The notes beneath the pieces were generated by a model. That model searched no databases. It saw nothing but the letters and a program-made list of their open reading frames with translations, and was not told the origin of the DNA. From a virus (taxonomy: Duplodnaviria > Caudoviricetes): DNA of 64,000 bases. Location: the IMG/VR virus record IMGVR_UViG_3300013383_000001, positions 1 to 64,000 of that record. One strand, 5' to 3'. Positions 1 to 8,764 of the stretch are shown here, one piece after another; within the stretch, counting starts at the first letter, position 1; each line of letters opens with the position of its first letter. The position numbers and the translations under genes were made by a program.

Positions 1-142
1 CGACTATTGTTGCCCCAAACGATTACTGCTACTTTTTCGATAAATTCTGCTATTGTCATGATGATTGTTTTTTTTTAATGGTTAATGAAAAGAATGATCG
101 TCTAATTCCGATCTGCCACTCATCTATATACTGAGATGAGAT

Positions 143-376
143 TCAGTGTGAGAGTACTACTTTACCGCATACACGGAACGCCCATACTCTTTCTTCTTGA
201 TTGAATATGTAGATCTTTTCTCCTTCCTCAAGCTCCTGAATATCATTGGTGATGTCCTCTGCGTCAAGGGTCTTATAACCCAGAACTTTGAGCATGTCTG
301 CCACCATGATTGTTGCACATGTTGTCTTGAGATTGTCACAAGAGATGGACTGAAAATGAATACCTGTTGTTGCCAT
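143..376 (-). CDS. hypothetical phage protein
   Basis: 77-aa ORF with ATG and an A-rich leader, co-oriented with neighbours. Confidence 0.65.
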   Translation of the reverse strand: MATTGIHFQSISCDNLKTTCATIMVADMLKVLGYKTLDAEDITNDIQELEEGEKIYIFNQEERVWAFRVCGKVVLSH

Positions 377-527
377 TGTTGTTATGTGTTTTATTGGTTT
401 GACTTAGGCTATCAGTTTAAAGCTCCCACGCCACGTGTGTAGAAAGTTACGCTTTCTACACACAGGCTGCCTTATTAGTGGGAGATTTTAGTCCTCTCTA
501 TAAAGAGAGGACAAGGGATTTCAACCT

Positions 528-767
528 TTATACGCAAAGAAGTTTGCCAACCATGAACATAGGACATTTGAATGACATGATCTCATACTCGTCTTCTTCA
601 TGAAGTGATTCTCTGTATCCGACACGAATGTCACAGAGTGAGTTTGAATACTCACCATGCGAATAGTCAAAGCATTTTTCACGGAGAACATCCATTGCTT
701 TTATCTCGGATTCAAGAATCTTTGCAAACTTTACGTTTCCATCGATAATTATTATTACACTATACAT
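528..767 (-). CDS. hypothetical phage protein
   Basis: 79-aa ORF, ATG to TAA, A-rich leader. Confidence 0.65.
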   Translation of the reverse strand: MYSVIIIIDGNVKFAKILESEIKAMDVLREKCFDYSHGEYSNSLCDIRVGYRESLHEEDEYEIMSFKCPMFMVGKLLCV

Positions 768-789
768 ATCTGTAGTTTTTTATTGATTA

Positions 790-848
790 TTCCTGACCCC
801 ATCCATGGACGGGGTTTCGTCTTAATTTTCAAAGACTCATCAGAGGAA
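790..848 (-). ncRNA. type I hammerhead ribozyme
   Basis: Minus strand reads UUCCU-CUGAUGA-GUCUU(loop)AAGAC-GAAA-CCCCGUCC(AU)GGAUGGGG-UC^AGGAA: complete catalytic core, three paired stems, GUC cleavage triplet (cut between 795 and 794). Confidence 0.9.
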
Positions 849-850
849 CT

Positions 851-994
851 TTAGAACACTTTCACAATTATACTAAGTGCTTCTTTTTTCTCTTCGCTCG
901 GAATCTCTTCATACAGTTTGAAGATTTCCTTTTCGATCTCTTTTGTCAGCTCAGTAGAGTTACAAAGACTCTTCAGTTTTTCGATCTTTTCCAT
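851..994 (-). CDS. small hypothetical protein (47 aa, MEKIEKLKSL...IIVKVF)
   Basis: Manual translation; below the ORF-track size cut-off; fills the gap between co-oriented genes. Confidence 0.55.
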   Translation of the reverse strand: MEKIEKLKSLCNSTELTKEIEKEIFKLYEEIPSEEKKEALSIIVKVF

Positions 995-1104
995 ACTTCT
1001 CGATTGATTTTACTTGGTCTTACAAAGAACACGTTTCTCACTAGGAACTTACATACAGCACCCTACAAAGAGCAGAGAGAGGATTACTCCTCCCTCCACA
1101 CTTT

Positions 1105-1695
1105 TTAGTAGTCTGATGCCTGCAATTTGCGTACACACACCAGCGAGTGCTTTGTGGTGTATTTGCTGCCCTCTACCTCGCAAGTTGCAATAATACGGAA
1201 CACTTGGTTATCGGAACACAGTTCACGACACGCAGCCTCAGCAACGTTGCTGGCGCGGTAGACCGACCAGCCGTTTTTCAGGTTGCTGACATCAATGATG
1301 CTCTCACCATTCTCGGTAGGACGGACAGTAATGCCCATCTTCTCCAAGACTTCGGCTGGTGCTACTTCGTCCAGTTTGTGCGGCTTCGTCCAGAACTTCT
1401 TGCTAGGATGTCCCTGGAAGCGAGAGAGTGACATACCGCCCTCGAACTCGAAGCCTTCCTCGACGCTGGCGACGGGTACACGTACCCACTTATTACCAGT
1501 GCCCTGAATGTTAGACAGTCCGGGAAGGCCGGATACTTTGAACGTCATTCCAGCGTCTGGTGCGTTGTTTGCACCACGTGCAGGCATAGTGCCAGTGAAG
1601 GCGAGTGTCTCCGCGAAGGCCTTGCGAGCCTCTTCGGAAGCGTTCTGAAACAGTGATGAACTCTCGTAATTCTTGTTATCGATGAAATCTGACAT
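1105..1695 (-). CDS. hypothetical protein (probably early)
   Basis: 196-aa ORF, more GC-rich codon usage than the rest of the window, no TAG. Confidence 0.75.
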   Translation of the reverse strand: MSDFIDNKNYESSSLFQNASEEARKAFAETLAFTGTMPARGANNAPDAGMTFKVSGLPGLSNIQGTGNKWVRVPVASVEEGFEFEGGMSLSRFQGHPSKKFWTKPHKLDEVAPAEVLEKMGITVRPTENGESIIDVSNLKNGWSVYRASNVAEAACRELCSDNQVFRIIATCEVEGSKYTTKHSLVCVRKLQASDY

Positions 1696-1753
1696 AATGT
1701 ATTGTGTTTATTGTTTAGGAGTGCAGGGGGGACTGAAAGAGGTAGTATACTCC

Positions 1754-1826
1754 CTCGTTTATAACTAAATAAAAATTTTACCATCTCGTTTATAACGGAG
1801 ATATTTTTAATCCTCCTATTTATAAC
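1754..1826. repeat. three iteron-like direct repeats (CTCGTTTATAAC x2, CCTATTTATAAC), ~30-nt period
   Basis: Copies start at 1754, 1785 and 1815 in the divergent intergenic region; G11 tract at 1839-1849. Confidence 0.7.
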
Positions 1827-2010
1827 AAAGCCTAAGGTGGGGGGGGGGGTATTTTTTAAAATATCTTAAATTACTTTGTGCAACTGTATAAAAATTGTAA
1901 GTTAGCATCGTTCCCACTATAAGAGAATAATCGTTCACACTTATAATAGAAAGTTGGGAATAACCAAGAACTTTAAGATTAAATGAACTTTAAACTCAAA
2001 TAAAAAAATT

Positions 2011-3486
2011 ATGAATATCTCAAATCAAATTATTAGAAATTGTAAGTACTTATCTGAATTTATTACCGTTCCCCCTAGTCACTGTCTTATAAATAAAGGC
2101 ATAACTGGGTGTGGAGGGACAACTTTAGAATTGGAAGCACCTAGAGACAGTATTATACTATGTCCTACTAAGAATCTAGTTACTAGTAAATCTGCATTAG
2201 GATATTTTGGAGTTACAGGTGATGTGACTAAATCGGAGATCGAATCTTATATACATTCGTCAATTAAATATAAAAAGATTGTTGCAACGTATGATGCTTT
2301 AAAAAGATTGATAGAGATAATTCCCAACTATAGAGAATATTTTCTTTTAATTGATGAATATCACTTACTTTTTAATGACTACTCTTTAAGAAGTGATGCA
2401 ATACTATACATATTAAATAACTTTCAATCTTTTAATGATTGGGCGTTTTTAACTGCAACTCCTTTAAAGGATGAATTTATTCTTGATGAATTAAAGGATG
2501 TAGATCAGGTAAATTATATTTGGGACAATGCAGTAGCAGTATCTTTAAATATAAGAGATACTTATTACGTACAGAAAGAATTATTAAATCTAATGTCTAT
2601 TTATAAAGACAGGAATCTTCATATATTTTTAAATTCAGTATCTACTATATATAAGATTATAGAGAAATTAGATACTGATGATTTTCGAGTAGTTTGCTCT
2701 GAAAATAGTAAAACTAAAGTTAGAAATTTTTCTAAGATAACAGATCCTGTTAGACATATTAATTTTTATACATCCTGTGCATTTGAAGGATGTGACATTT
2801 ATGATGAAGATGGATATTGTATTATAATCTCTGATACAAATATAGCAACAACAGTATTAGATATAACTACTAAAGTAAGACAGGTTTGTGGAAGACTTAG
2901 AGATTCAAAATATAAAGACGAAGTAACAATTATATTAAATACAAATAAGCATAGATATGCCGGAACTACAAAAACTGAATTTTTAAATATAGTAAAAGAC
3001 TCAGAAGATCTTGGGAAAGTAAAAGAGAATCAATTTAGAAATGCCACATATAGAGAGAAAGAAGCAGAACTTAGGCTTTATAACAGAGAAATGTATTCTT
3101 CTTTATATTTAAATAAATACAATGGTGAAATTTTCTACGATGTGAATTTAAAGAAACTAGATTTGTATAATTATGATTTAATATCTGAGATTTATTCAAA
3201 TTCTATTTCAGTTTTAACAGAAGCAAAGAAAACAGGATTTAAAGTATCTACTCCAATTGAGACAAATAAGAAAGGGTTAGATTGGGTTCGAGATAAACTA
3301 AAAGAATTAGATAAAAAAGAATATACTTATAAAGAATTGGAAGAAATATTCAAACCAATGTTTCAAGAGAAAGGAATTAAATGGAACTCCAAAACATCAA
3401 TTAAAAATTATTTCCCAAACTTTAAAAAAGCAAAGAAAAGAAACAACGGAGAACAAAAATTATACTATACATTTAACATTCTTTAA
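2011..3486 (+). CDS. SF2 (DExH) helicase-like protein, possible origin-binding/replication protein
   Basis: Motifs GITGCGGTT (Walker A-like), LLIDEYH (Walker B), LTATP (III), QVCGRLR (VI). Confidence 0.8.
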   Translation: MNISNQIIRNCKYLSEFITVPPSHCLINKGITGCGGTTLELEAPRDSIILCPTKNLVTSKSALGYFGVTGDVTKSEIESYIHSSIKYKKIVATYDALKRLIEIIPNYREYFLLIDEYHLLFNDYSLRSDAILYILNNFQSFNDWAFLTATPLKDEFILDELKDVDQVNYIWDNAVAVSLNIRDTYYVQKELLNLMSIYKDRNLHIFLNSVSTIYKIIEKLDTDDFRVVCSENSKTKVRNFSKITDPVRHINFYTSCAFEGCDIYDEDGYCIIISDTNIATTVLDITTKVRQVCGRLRDSKYKDEVTIILNTNKHRYAGTTKTEFLNIVKDSEDLGKVKENQFRNATYREKEAELRLYNREMYSSLYLNKYNGEIFYDVNLKKLDLYNYDLISEIYSNSISVLTEAKKTGFKVSTPIETNKKGLDWVRDKLKELDKKEYTYKELEEIFKPMFQEKGIKWNSKTSIKNYFPNFKKAKKRNNGEQKLYYTFNIL

Positions 3487-3517
3487 TTTGTCATTATAAA
3501 TAATGGATCTAATTTTG
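3487..3517 (+). promoter_or_regulatory. Bacteroidota housekeeping-sigma promoter
   Basis: TTTG (3487-3490), 19-nt spacer, TAATTTTG (3510-3517), matching the -33/-7 consensus TTTG-N19-21-TAnnTTTG. Confidence 0.65.
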
Positions 3518-3521
3518 ACGT

Positions 3522-3881
3522 ATGGAAACAAAGATATTATATCGTAACATTAATGGTAAAGAATAGCTCTTCCTAAACGGAGAAGAGCTTCCTCTCAAGA
3601 AGTTTCTTGATATGTTCTTTACAGATGAAAAAGAAGAATCATTCATTGATGAGTATTTAAATAATGTAGCACTTGTAGATGATGATGTGGTAGATAATGC
3701 AATGAATATGCTTTCTGATAACTATTGTATTGAAGAATATATAGATCTCCTTAATAAGGATAATCATAATCCTACTGAACTTGCAATACTTTCAGACTTT
3801 ATTGATGATGCTAAACTTGCATTAAAAATTGAGATTGATAATAAGATTGAATTTCTTAATGAATTGAAAGATAAACTTTAA
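3522..3881 (+). CDS. hypothetical acidic protein (one in-frame TAG=Gln)
   Basis: ATG 3522 METKILYRNINGKE(TAG 3564)LFLNG continues in frame into track ORF 3612..3881. Confidence 0.7.
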
Positions 3882-3940
3882 ATACCTGTAATTACAGGTA
3901 ATACTGGGGTATGATTGTAATGGTTAGCAAGTCGGTCTCT

Positions 3941-4931
3941 TAAAATTAAAGTAATGGAAAATAGAATTTATAAACTTACGGATGAAGAGTTTTTAAACTT
4001 AGTTAAGTCAAGTTTAAATATCTCAGAAGTTTTATTCAAACTTGGATTGACTACAGTTGGTAACAGTTGGGGTTATTCTCAAGTTAAACAAAGAATGACA
4101 GATTTAAATTTGACAGGTAAGGATTTCCGAGGTAAGAATACAACTCATATTGAAAAGAGTGATAAAATTGATCCTAAGAAATTATTGTGTGAAAACTCTA
4201 GGCATCAAAGAACGGTTCTTAGAAAATATCTTATTAAACATGATTTAGTTTCTTATAAATGTGCAATTTGTGGAATTAAAGAATGGCAAGGTAAAACCCT
4301 TTCTCTTGAACTAGATCACATTAACGGAGTTAATAACGATAATCGATTAGAGAATCTAAGGTTCTTATGTCCTAATTGTCATTCTCAAACTACAACATAC
4401 GGAGCTAAAAATAAACAAGTAGTTGAATCAAAATATGAAATATCTGATGAATTACGAGAACTTATTATAAATGCTTACCACAAATTGCAGTCTTATAAGA
4501 AGATTGCTAATAAATATAATTTACAACTTAAAGCAGTTAAACAAGTTCTTTCTGATGCAGGTCTAACTAAACAGAAGCAGAAGTATGTAATTCAGTATGA
4601 TATGAATCATAATGAGATTCGTAGATTTGGTTGTATAGCAGAGTGCTGCCAGTGGTTAATGGATAATAACATTGTTAAAACAAAACTATTAAAAACTTGT
4701 AGCACTACATTAAAGAGAAATGCAAATAAACTCTGGAATAACTATTACTTTGAAATATTGGATGCTTAAAGGATAATACATAATCTTTAAGTAGAATCTC
4801 CTTTAATTGACTTGGAAGCGTATAGTGACAGGGCGCAAGCAGAGAAATCGTGCAGCGTGAACGACTAAACAAGGAGACTGGTCTTAGGACTGGATGTGAT
4901 AGTCTAATCCATTAAAAATGGTGTTAAAATG
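3941..4931 (+). mobile_element. group I intron in tRNA anticodon (position 35/36)
   Basis: 5' exon ends in U and intron ends in G; P3 TCTCCTT(4797)/AAGGAGA(4871); P7 GACTA(4863)/TAGTC(4900); ORF lies upstream of the core. P1 is weak, so the splice site is inferred from restoring a 7-nt anticodon loop. Confidence 0.85.
3954..4769 (+). CDS. intron-encoded HNH homing endonuclease
   Basis: CAICG...LELDHING..DNRLENLRFLCPNCH motif; NUMOD1-like C-terminus; no TAG. Confidence 0.9.
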   Translation: MENRIYKLTDEEFLNLVKSSLNISEVLFKLGLTTVGNSWGYSQVKQRMTDLNLTGKDFRGKNTTHIEKSDKIDPKKLLCENSRHQRTVLRKYLIKHDLVSYKCAICGIKEWQGKTLSLELDHINGVNNDNRLENLRFLCPNCHSQTTTYGAKNKQVVESKYEISDELRELIINAYHKLQSYKKIANKYNLQLKAVKQVLSDAGLTKQKQKYVIQYDMNHNEIRRFGCIAECCQWLMDNNIVKTKLLKTCSTTLKRNANKLWNNYYFEILDA

Positions 4932-5240
4932 AAAACCGAAAGTCATGGTTCAAATCCATGTACCCCAACTCGTGTATACTTTAGATACAATAATATTATT
5001 TATTATCCCAAAGATTTAAATAAGAAATTAAAACAGCTTGGGATTACAATAAATGATATTGAAGTATTAGATGAACCTCCTACTAAAGATATAGAATTTA
5101 TTCCTACTCAATGGAAGTATATCTTTAAAAATAAAAAAGGAGAAACCTTATGTAGTAATTTATCTTTAGAAGAATTAATTAAAAATGATGTTGGAAGCAC
5201 AGATTATTCTCAATGGGAAATTGTAGAATGTAACAAATGA
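4929..5240 (+). CDS. hypothetical protein overlapping the tRNA 3' exon
   Basis: 103-aa ORF; its only in-frame ATG ends on the intron's terminal G; start site uncertain. Confidence 0.5.
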   Translation: MKTESHGSNPCTPTRVYFRYNNIIYYPKDLNKKLKQLGITINDIEVLDEPPTKDIEFIPTQWKYIFKNKKGETLCSNLSLEELIKNDVGSTDYSQWEIVECNK

Positions 5241-5356
5241 ATTAAATGAAATAGTGAAATATGTAGAAGAGAATAATCTTTATAATACGCAAGAGTATTT
5301 AGACTTTGAGGATTATTTAAATAGAATATCAGTAAGAGATCATACTATAAACAATT

Positions 5357-5398
5357 AAAGGAGGGTAGCAATTAAGCTACTCTCCTTTTTTATTTTTT
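5357..5398. terminator. intrinsic terminator between convergent gene blocks
   Basis: AAAGGAGGGTAGC-aattaa-GCTACTCTCCTTT hairpin followed by a T tract. Confidence 0.8.
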
Positions 5399-6068
5399 AT
5401 TCTATAATACGTGAACCTCTTAAATAATTTCCTGATGCTCTCTCATAAATATCACGAGCTGATCCATCGTCAACATATGGTCTCCATACACTATCAGGTG
5501 TATTATAATGATTTTTTATATAATCGACAATATCATTATTACGTTTTTCTATTGCCTTACCAATCAATCCATTTGCCCAAGTTTCATGTAAAGGAATAGG
5601 AGAACCGTGTGACATATACTCTCTATATGTTTTATTTTTTGCAACTTGTTTTTTAGCTTCTCTTGCTGTTTTAAATAAACTTTCAGGATCTTCAATAACT
5701 TCAACTTCGGGTAAAGAATCACCACGTCCTATTTGATTGTAATACCAATCTACAGGAGCTCCTCCCACATTACTAGCAGCTTCCATCATTTGTGAAACAG
5801 CTTCAGGAGTATATTCATATCCCTAAGAATCTGTAAAAACCATTTGACCTGAAGGGATGTATGAATCCATTTCTCCTCTAGCCATTGCTGCTGCATTTTT
5901 ATCAGCAGAATAAATATCACTTAAATTTTCAGCTAATTGATATCTATTAAAAACATTTTGAGGATTATACATCAATGGATTAAAAACTAACTAACCAAAT
6001 TGATTAGTTGTAAAATATGGTGCGTATGATTGCTTATATGTTCTATACGCTTGTGCTGGACTTGTCAT
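5397..6068 (-). CDS. hypothetical putative cargo protein (TAG=Gln)
   Basis: ATG 6068 in frame with track ORF 5397..5789 through two TAGs; LPEVEV motif. Confidence 0.75.
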
Positions 6069-6100
6069 TGTTTTTTTTTTTGTAGTTATAAATACGATCT

Positions 6101-6949
6101 TTAATACTGTATATAGAGTAGTGGTACATTTATTGGATTTCCTTTAGTTGCAATACCATTCTAAATATAAATTGATCTTTGACCTGCAGGAGTATAATTT
6201 CCTTTATTAGTTACCACTACTTCTGGTAATAATGTGTCATAATCACCAGGGTAATATTTCCTAAAGAAATTAATATGACTATTGGTAGAATTTGGAGATA
6301 TGTTGCCTTCAGTGTCAACTACTATGGGATTTCCTGATTTAAAAACTTTATCACTCATAGTGTTAACATTAGTTCCACTGTAGTCCATGTAATTATCATC
6401 TTCTGTAAAAGAATTAAACACTGCATTTAAAGGCATATCTTTTTTATATCTAGTATGCCCATTACTATATCTTACTAAAGGAGTTCCTGCAGGAACAGTC
6501 CACTTTCCCAAATCTAATACATCTTTAACTTCATCTTTATCCTAAAACCCACTTACTAACATAGCGTGCCTTGTAGTTCCATTACGACCTTCCTAATATA
6601 TAGCTAAATCTCCTGGTAAAATCAAATACTCTGGAATAGAAACATATCCGTATTTGCCTGGGTTATTTAAAACAGAGGTATTCTATACAATAGGGGTTTC
6701 AGGATCTATCCACTAACTTGCGGTTAGAATACAATTTGCTAGACCTCTTTTCCATCCAAGTAAAGATTTTGCTTTAACACCAAGTGAAGCATCTACTCCA
6801 TCTTCATAATTATCAGCAACTTCTGGAACACTAGATCTTGCAAGTATTTCTTTCTATTTTTGATCTAAATTAACATGATAACCTTTGTTATTCATATTTA
6901 AAAGAAAAGTCGTTGGATCAGTTTTTAAAAAATCATTTTCGTCGTCCAT
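6101..6949 (-). CDS. papain-fold NlpC/P60-like protein (TAG=Gln)
   Basis: 282 aa under code 15; NCILTASQW...PGDLAIY...HAMLV pattern; TAATG overlap with the upstream gene; LPEVVVT motif. Confidence 0.65.
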
Positions 6950-7164
6950 TATTTCAATTTACCTCCTTTTTTATGCCATAATGTAATATTTCCTGGTTTA
7001 GTTCGTTCAAGAGGAGTATGTATTCCGTGAACGTCATGATGTCCGTTAATGTGACCATCTGGTCTTTCTACAGTCTGATCTACTTTTTCAATATACGGAG
7101 CTTCGTATCTTTTCATTGTTGGATATCCATCTCTAACATACATTGGATTATATCCATCCTCCAC
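6949..7164 (-). CDS. small hypothetical protein ending KKGGKLK
   Basis: Track ORF; start could be GTG 7164 or ATG 7143. Confidence 0.5.
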   Translation of the reverse strand: MEDGYNPMYVRDGYPTMKRYEAPYIEKVDQTVERPDGHINGHHDVHGIHTPLERTKPGNITLWHKKGGKLK

Positions 7165-7240
7165 AAACTCTTTTAGAAGAAATTCCAGAGTGAGAGGTTA
7201 TCATTAGTTTAATATATTCTTTTATTTTCTTCTTTTTCAT
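7148..7240 (-). pseudogene. truncated paralog of the 10927..11145 membrane protein
   Basis: MKKKKIKEYIKLMITSHSGISSKRVCGGWI* versus MEFIKKLIMSHSGVSSKRLCGILGF. Confidence 0.55.
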
Positions 7241-7676
7241 ATTGTGAGAAATCTGGATAGTATTGTTTATAATTCTTTGTAAAATAATCTGCGAAATACG
7301 GATCAGTAAATTCTAAATAATCATGATTATCTAAAGCATTATTTTGTGCATCCTATTTACCATGCTTATATTTAGAATCTGTGAAATCATGTAATTCACC
7401 ATTTATCTCTTGAACTAAAGGATAAACTATATTAACATCCTCATTGTCAAATCCAATAGTACCATAACTCATTTTATGAGTAGCTACCTAACCAGGAACT
7501 TCCCAATTAGGGATAGTTTGTCTATTCGGATCTTTTAACCTTTGTACAAAGTTAGGAGTAGTAAAATTAGATTGACGCATGAAATACAAAGGTGAATTTA
7601 CTATATAGTTTCTTAATCTAAAATCGTTTAATATTGGATTATTAAACAGTGCAGTAATTAATTTATTAGGTTTCAT
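7209..7676 (-). CDS. hypothetical protein (TAG=Gln)
   Basis: Track ORF 7488..7676 reads through two TAGs to TAA at 7209. Confidence 0.75.
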
Positions 7677-7882
7677 AACTTTCCTCCTTGTTTCTTTATT
7701 GAGATAATAGGATATATTGGATAAAAATTACAATTCTCATCTTCAAATACTGAATCGGTATTAATTCCTGCCTTAATATCTGGCTTTATACGAACTTTTA
7801 CTAATTTTCCAGTGTGTTTATCTGTCATAGTAAAATATCCTTTATCCCAAGTACTATAATTTGTATACTGTTCTCCTTTCAT
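7673..7882 (-). CDS. hypothetical protein ending KKQGGKL
   Basis: ORF with 4-nt overlaps on both sides. Confidence 0.7.
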   Translation of the reverse strand: MKGEQYTNYSTWDKGYFTMTDKHTGKLVKVRIKPDIKAGINTDSVFEDENCNFYPIYPIISIKKQGGKL

Positions 7883-8763
7883 GTCATATACTAAAAATTA
7901 AAAGGTGATTGCTAAGTGTCATTATATCCTACATATTTTAAGGCATCTCTTACTGCTTTACTTTTAGCTTTTGTATCTAAAGTTCCATTTTCCATTTCTT
8001 CCTATTCATCTTTAAGTGATGATGTATAAGGCATAGTGTAATAGAATTTCAATAGCAAATCATCAGGTATAATGTCTATATATTCATCTAATTCTTTTCC
8101 TACTAACCCGGTTGCGTCATATATGCAATATCTAAGCTCTCTATTTACCGAACTTTTTTCTATAGGTCCATCATGATATACTCCTTTTAAAGTAGGATTT
8201 TCAGAATCCTTGAAGTATTCATAATTGTATGCACGATTTAATAAATCTAATTCTTTTTTTGTATATGGAGAAAGATTAGACTTCAGTCTGTATCTGTGGT
8301 CTAGTTCGTGCATGAGAGTTACATCAGCTATAGGCTGATGTTCTTGATTAGAGTCCAAGTATACAAAATCCTCTTCAGGGAAATAGGCTCCCGTCAAAGT
8401 GCCTGATCCCCCAAATTTACTACTCATCCTATTAAGATGAGTAGTACCAAATATCATTAATTGAGGATTAGTTAAGTCAGTATATTCTTCTACGTCATCA
8501 TAAGGAAGTTTTTCATTTTTTCTTGCTTTAACCAATCTTGGTCTAACGTCCTATTCAAGGAACTTTCTCATAGATTCAAGCTATTCATCACTAAATTCAT
8601 ATATCTCGGGAGATTTATCGTGTAACCTTCCAAATATAGAATCAAGCCTATCTTTAGATACGTTCTCAAAATTTGATAAATAGTAAGAGTACTAATCTAC
8701 GGGAACATCTTTTAATTTATAAGGATATAAGGAATTTAATTTTTGTAGTTCTTCGTTTGTCAT
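7879..8763 (-). CDS. putative zincin metallopeptidase (TAG=Gln)
   Basis: 294 aa under code 15; HELDH (HExxH) with downstream E; ATGA overlap. Confidence 0.7.
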
Positions 8764-8764
8764 G

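Larger units (their letters stand above)
3905..4968 (+). tRNA. amber suppressor tRNA (anticodon CUA, probably Gln), intron-split; exons 3905-3940 and 4932-4968
   Basis: Spliced sequence: acceptor TGGGGTA/TACCCCA, D-arm TTGT..GCAA with GG, anticodon stem TCGGT/ACCGA with loop CT-CTA-AA, T-arm CATGG-TTCAAAT-CCATG. U1-A72, G2-C71, G3-C70 as in bacterial tRNA-Gln. CCA not encoded. Confidence 0.88.

Noticed and set aside
1750-1830. CRISPR mini-array
   Set aside because: Repeats are only 12 nt with ~18-nt AT-rich spacers that resemble each other; no cas genes in the window.
4969-5040. Theta (HDV-like) ribozyme downstream of the suppressor tRNA
   Set aside because: Looked for because such ribozymes follow tRNAs in recoded gut phages, but I could not build the nested pseudoknot from this AT-rich, apparently coding sequence.
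5221-5358. Possible 45-aa ORF starting TTG-TAG
   Set aside because: Weak start, short, no motif; plausible but not supportable.
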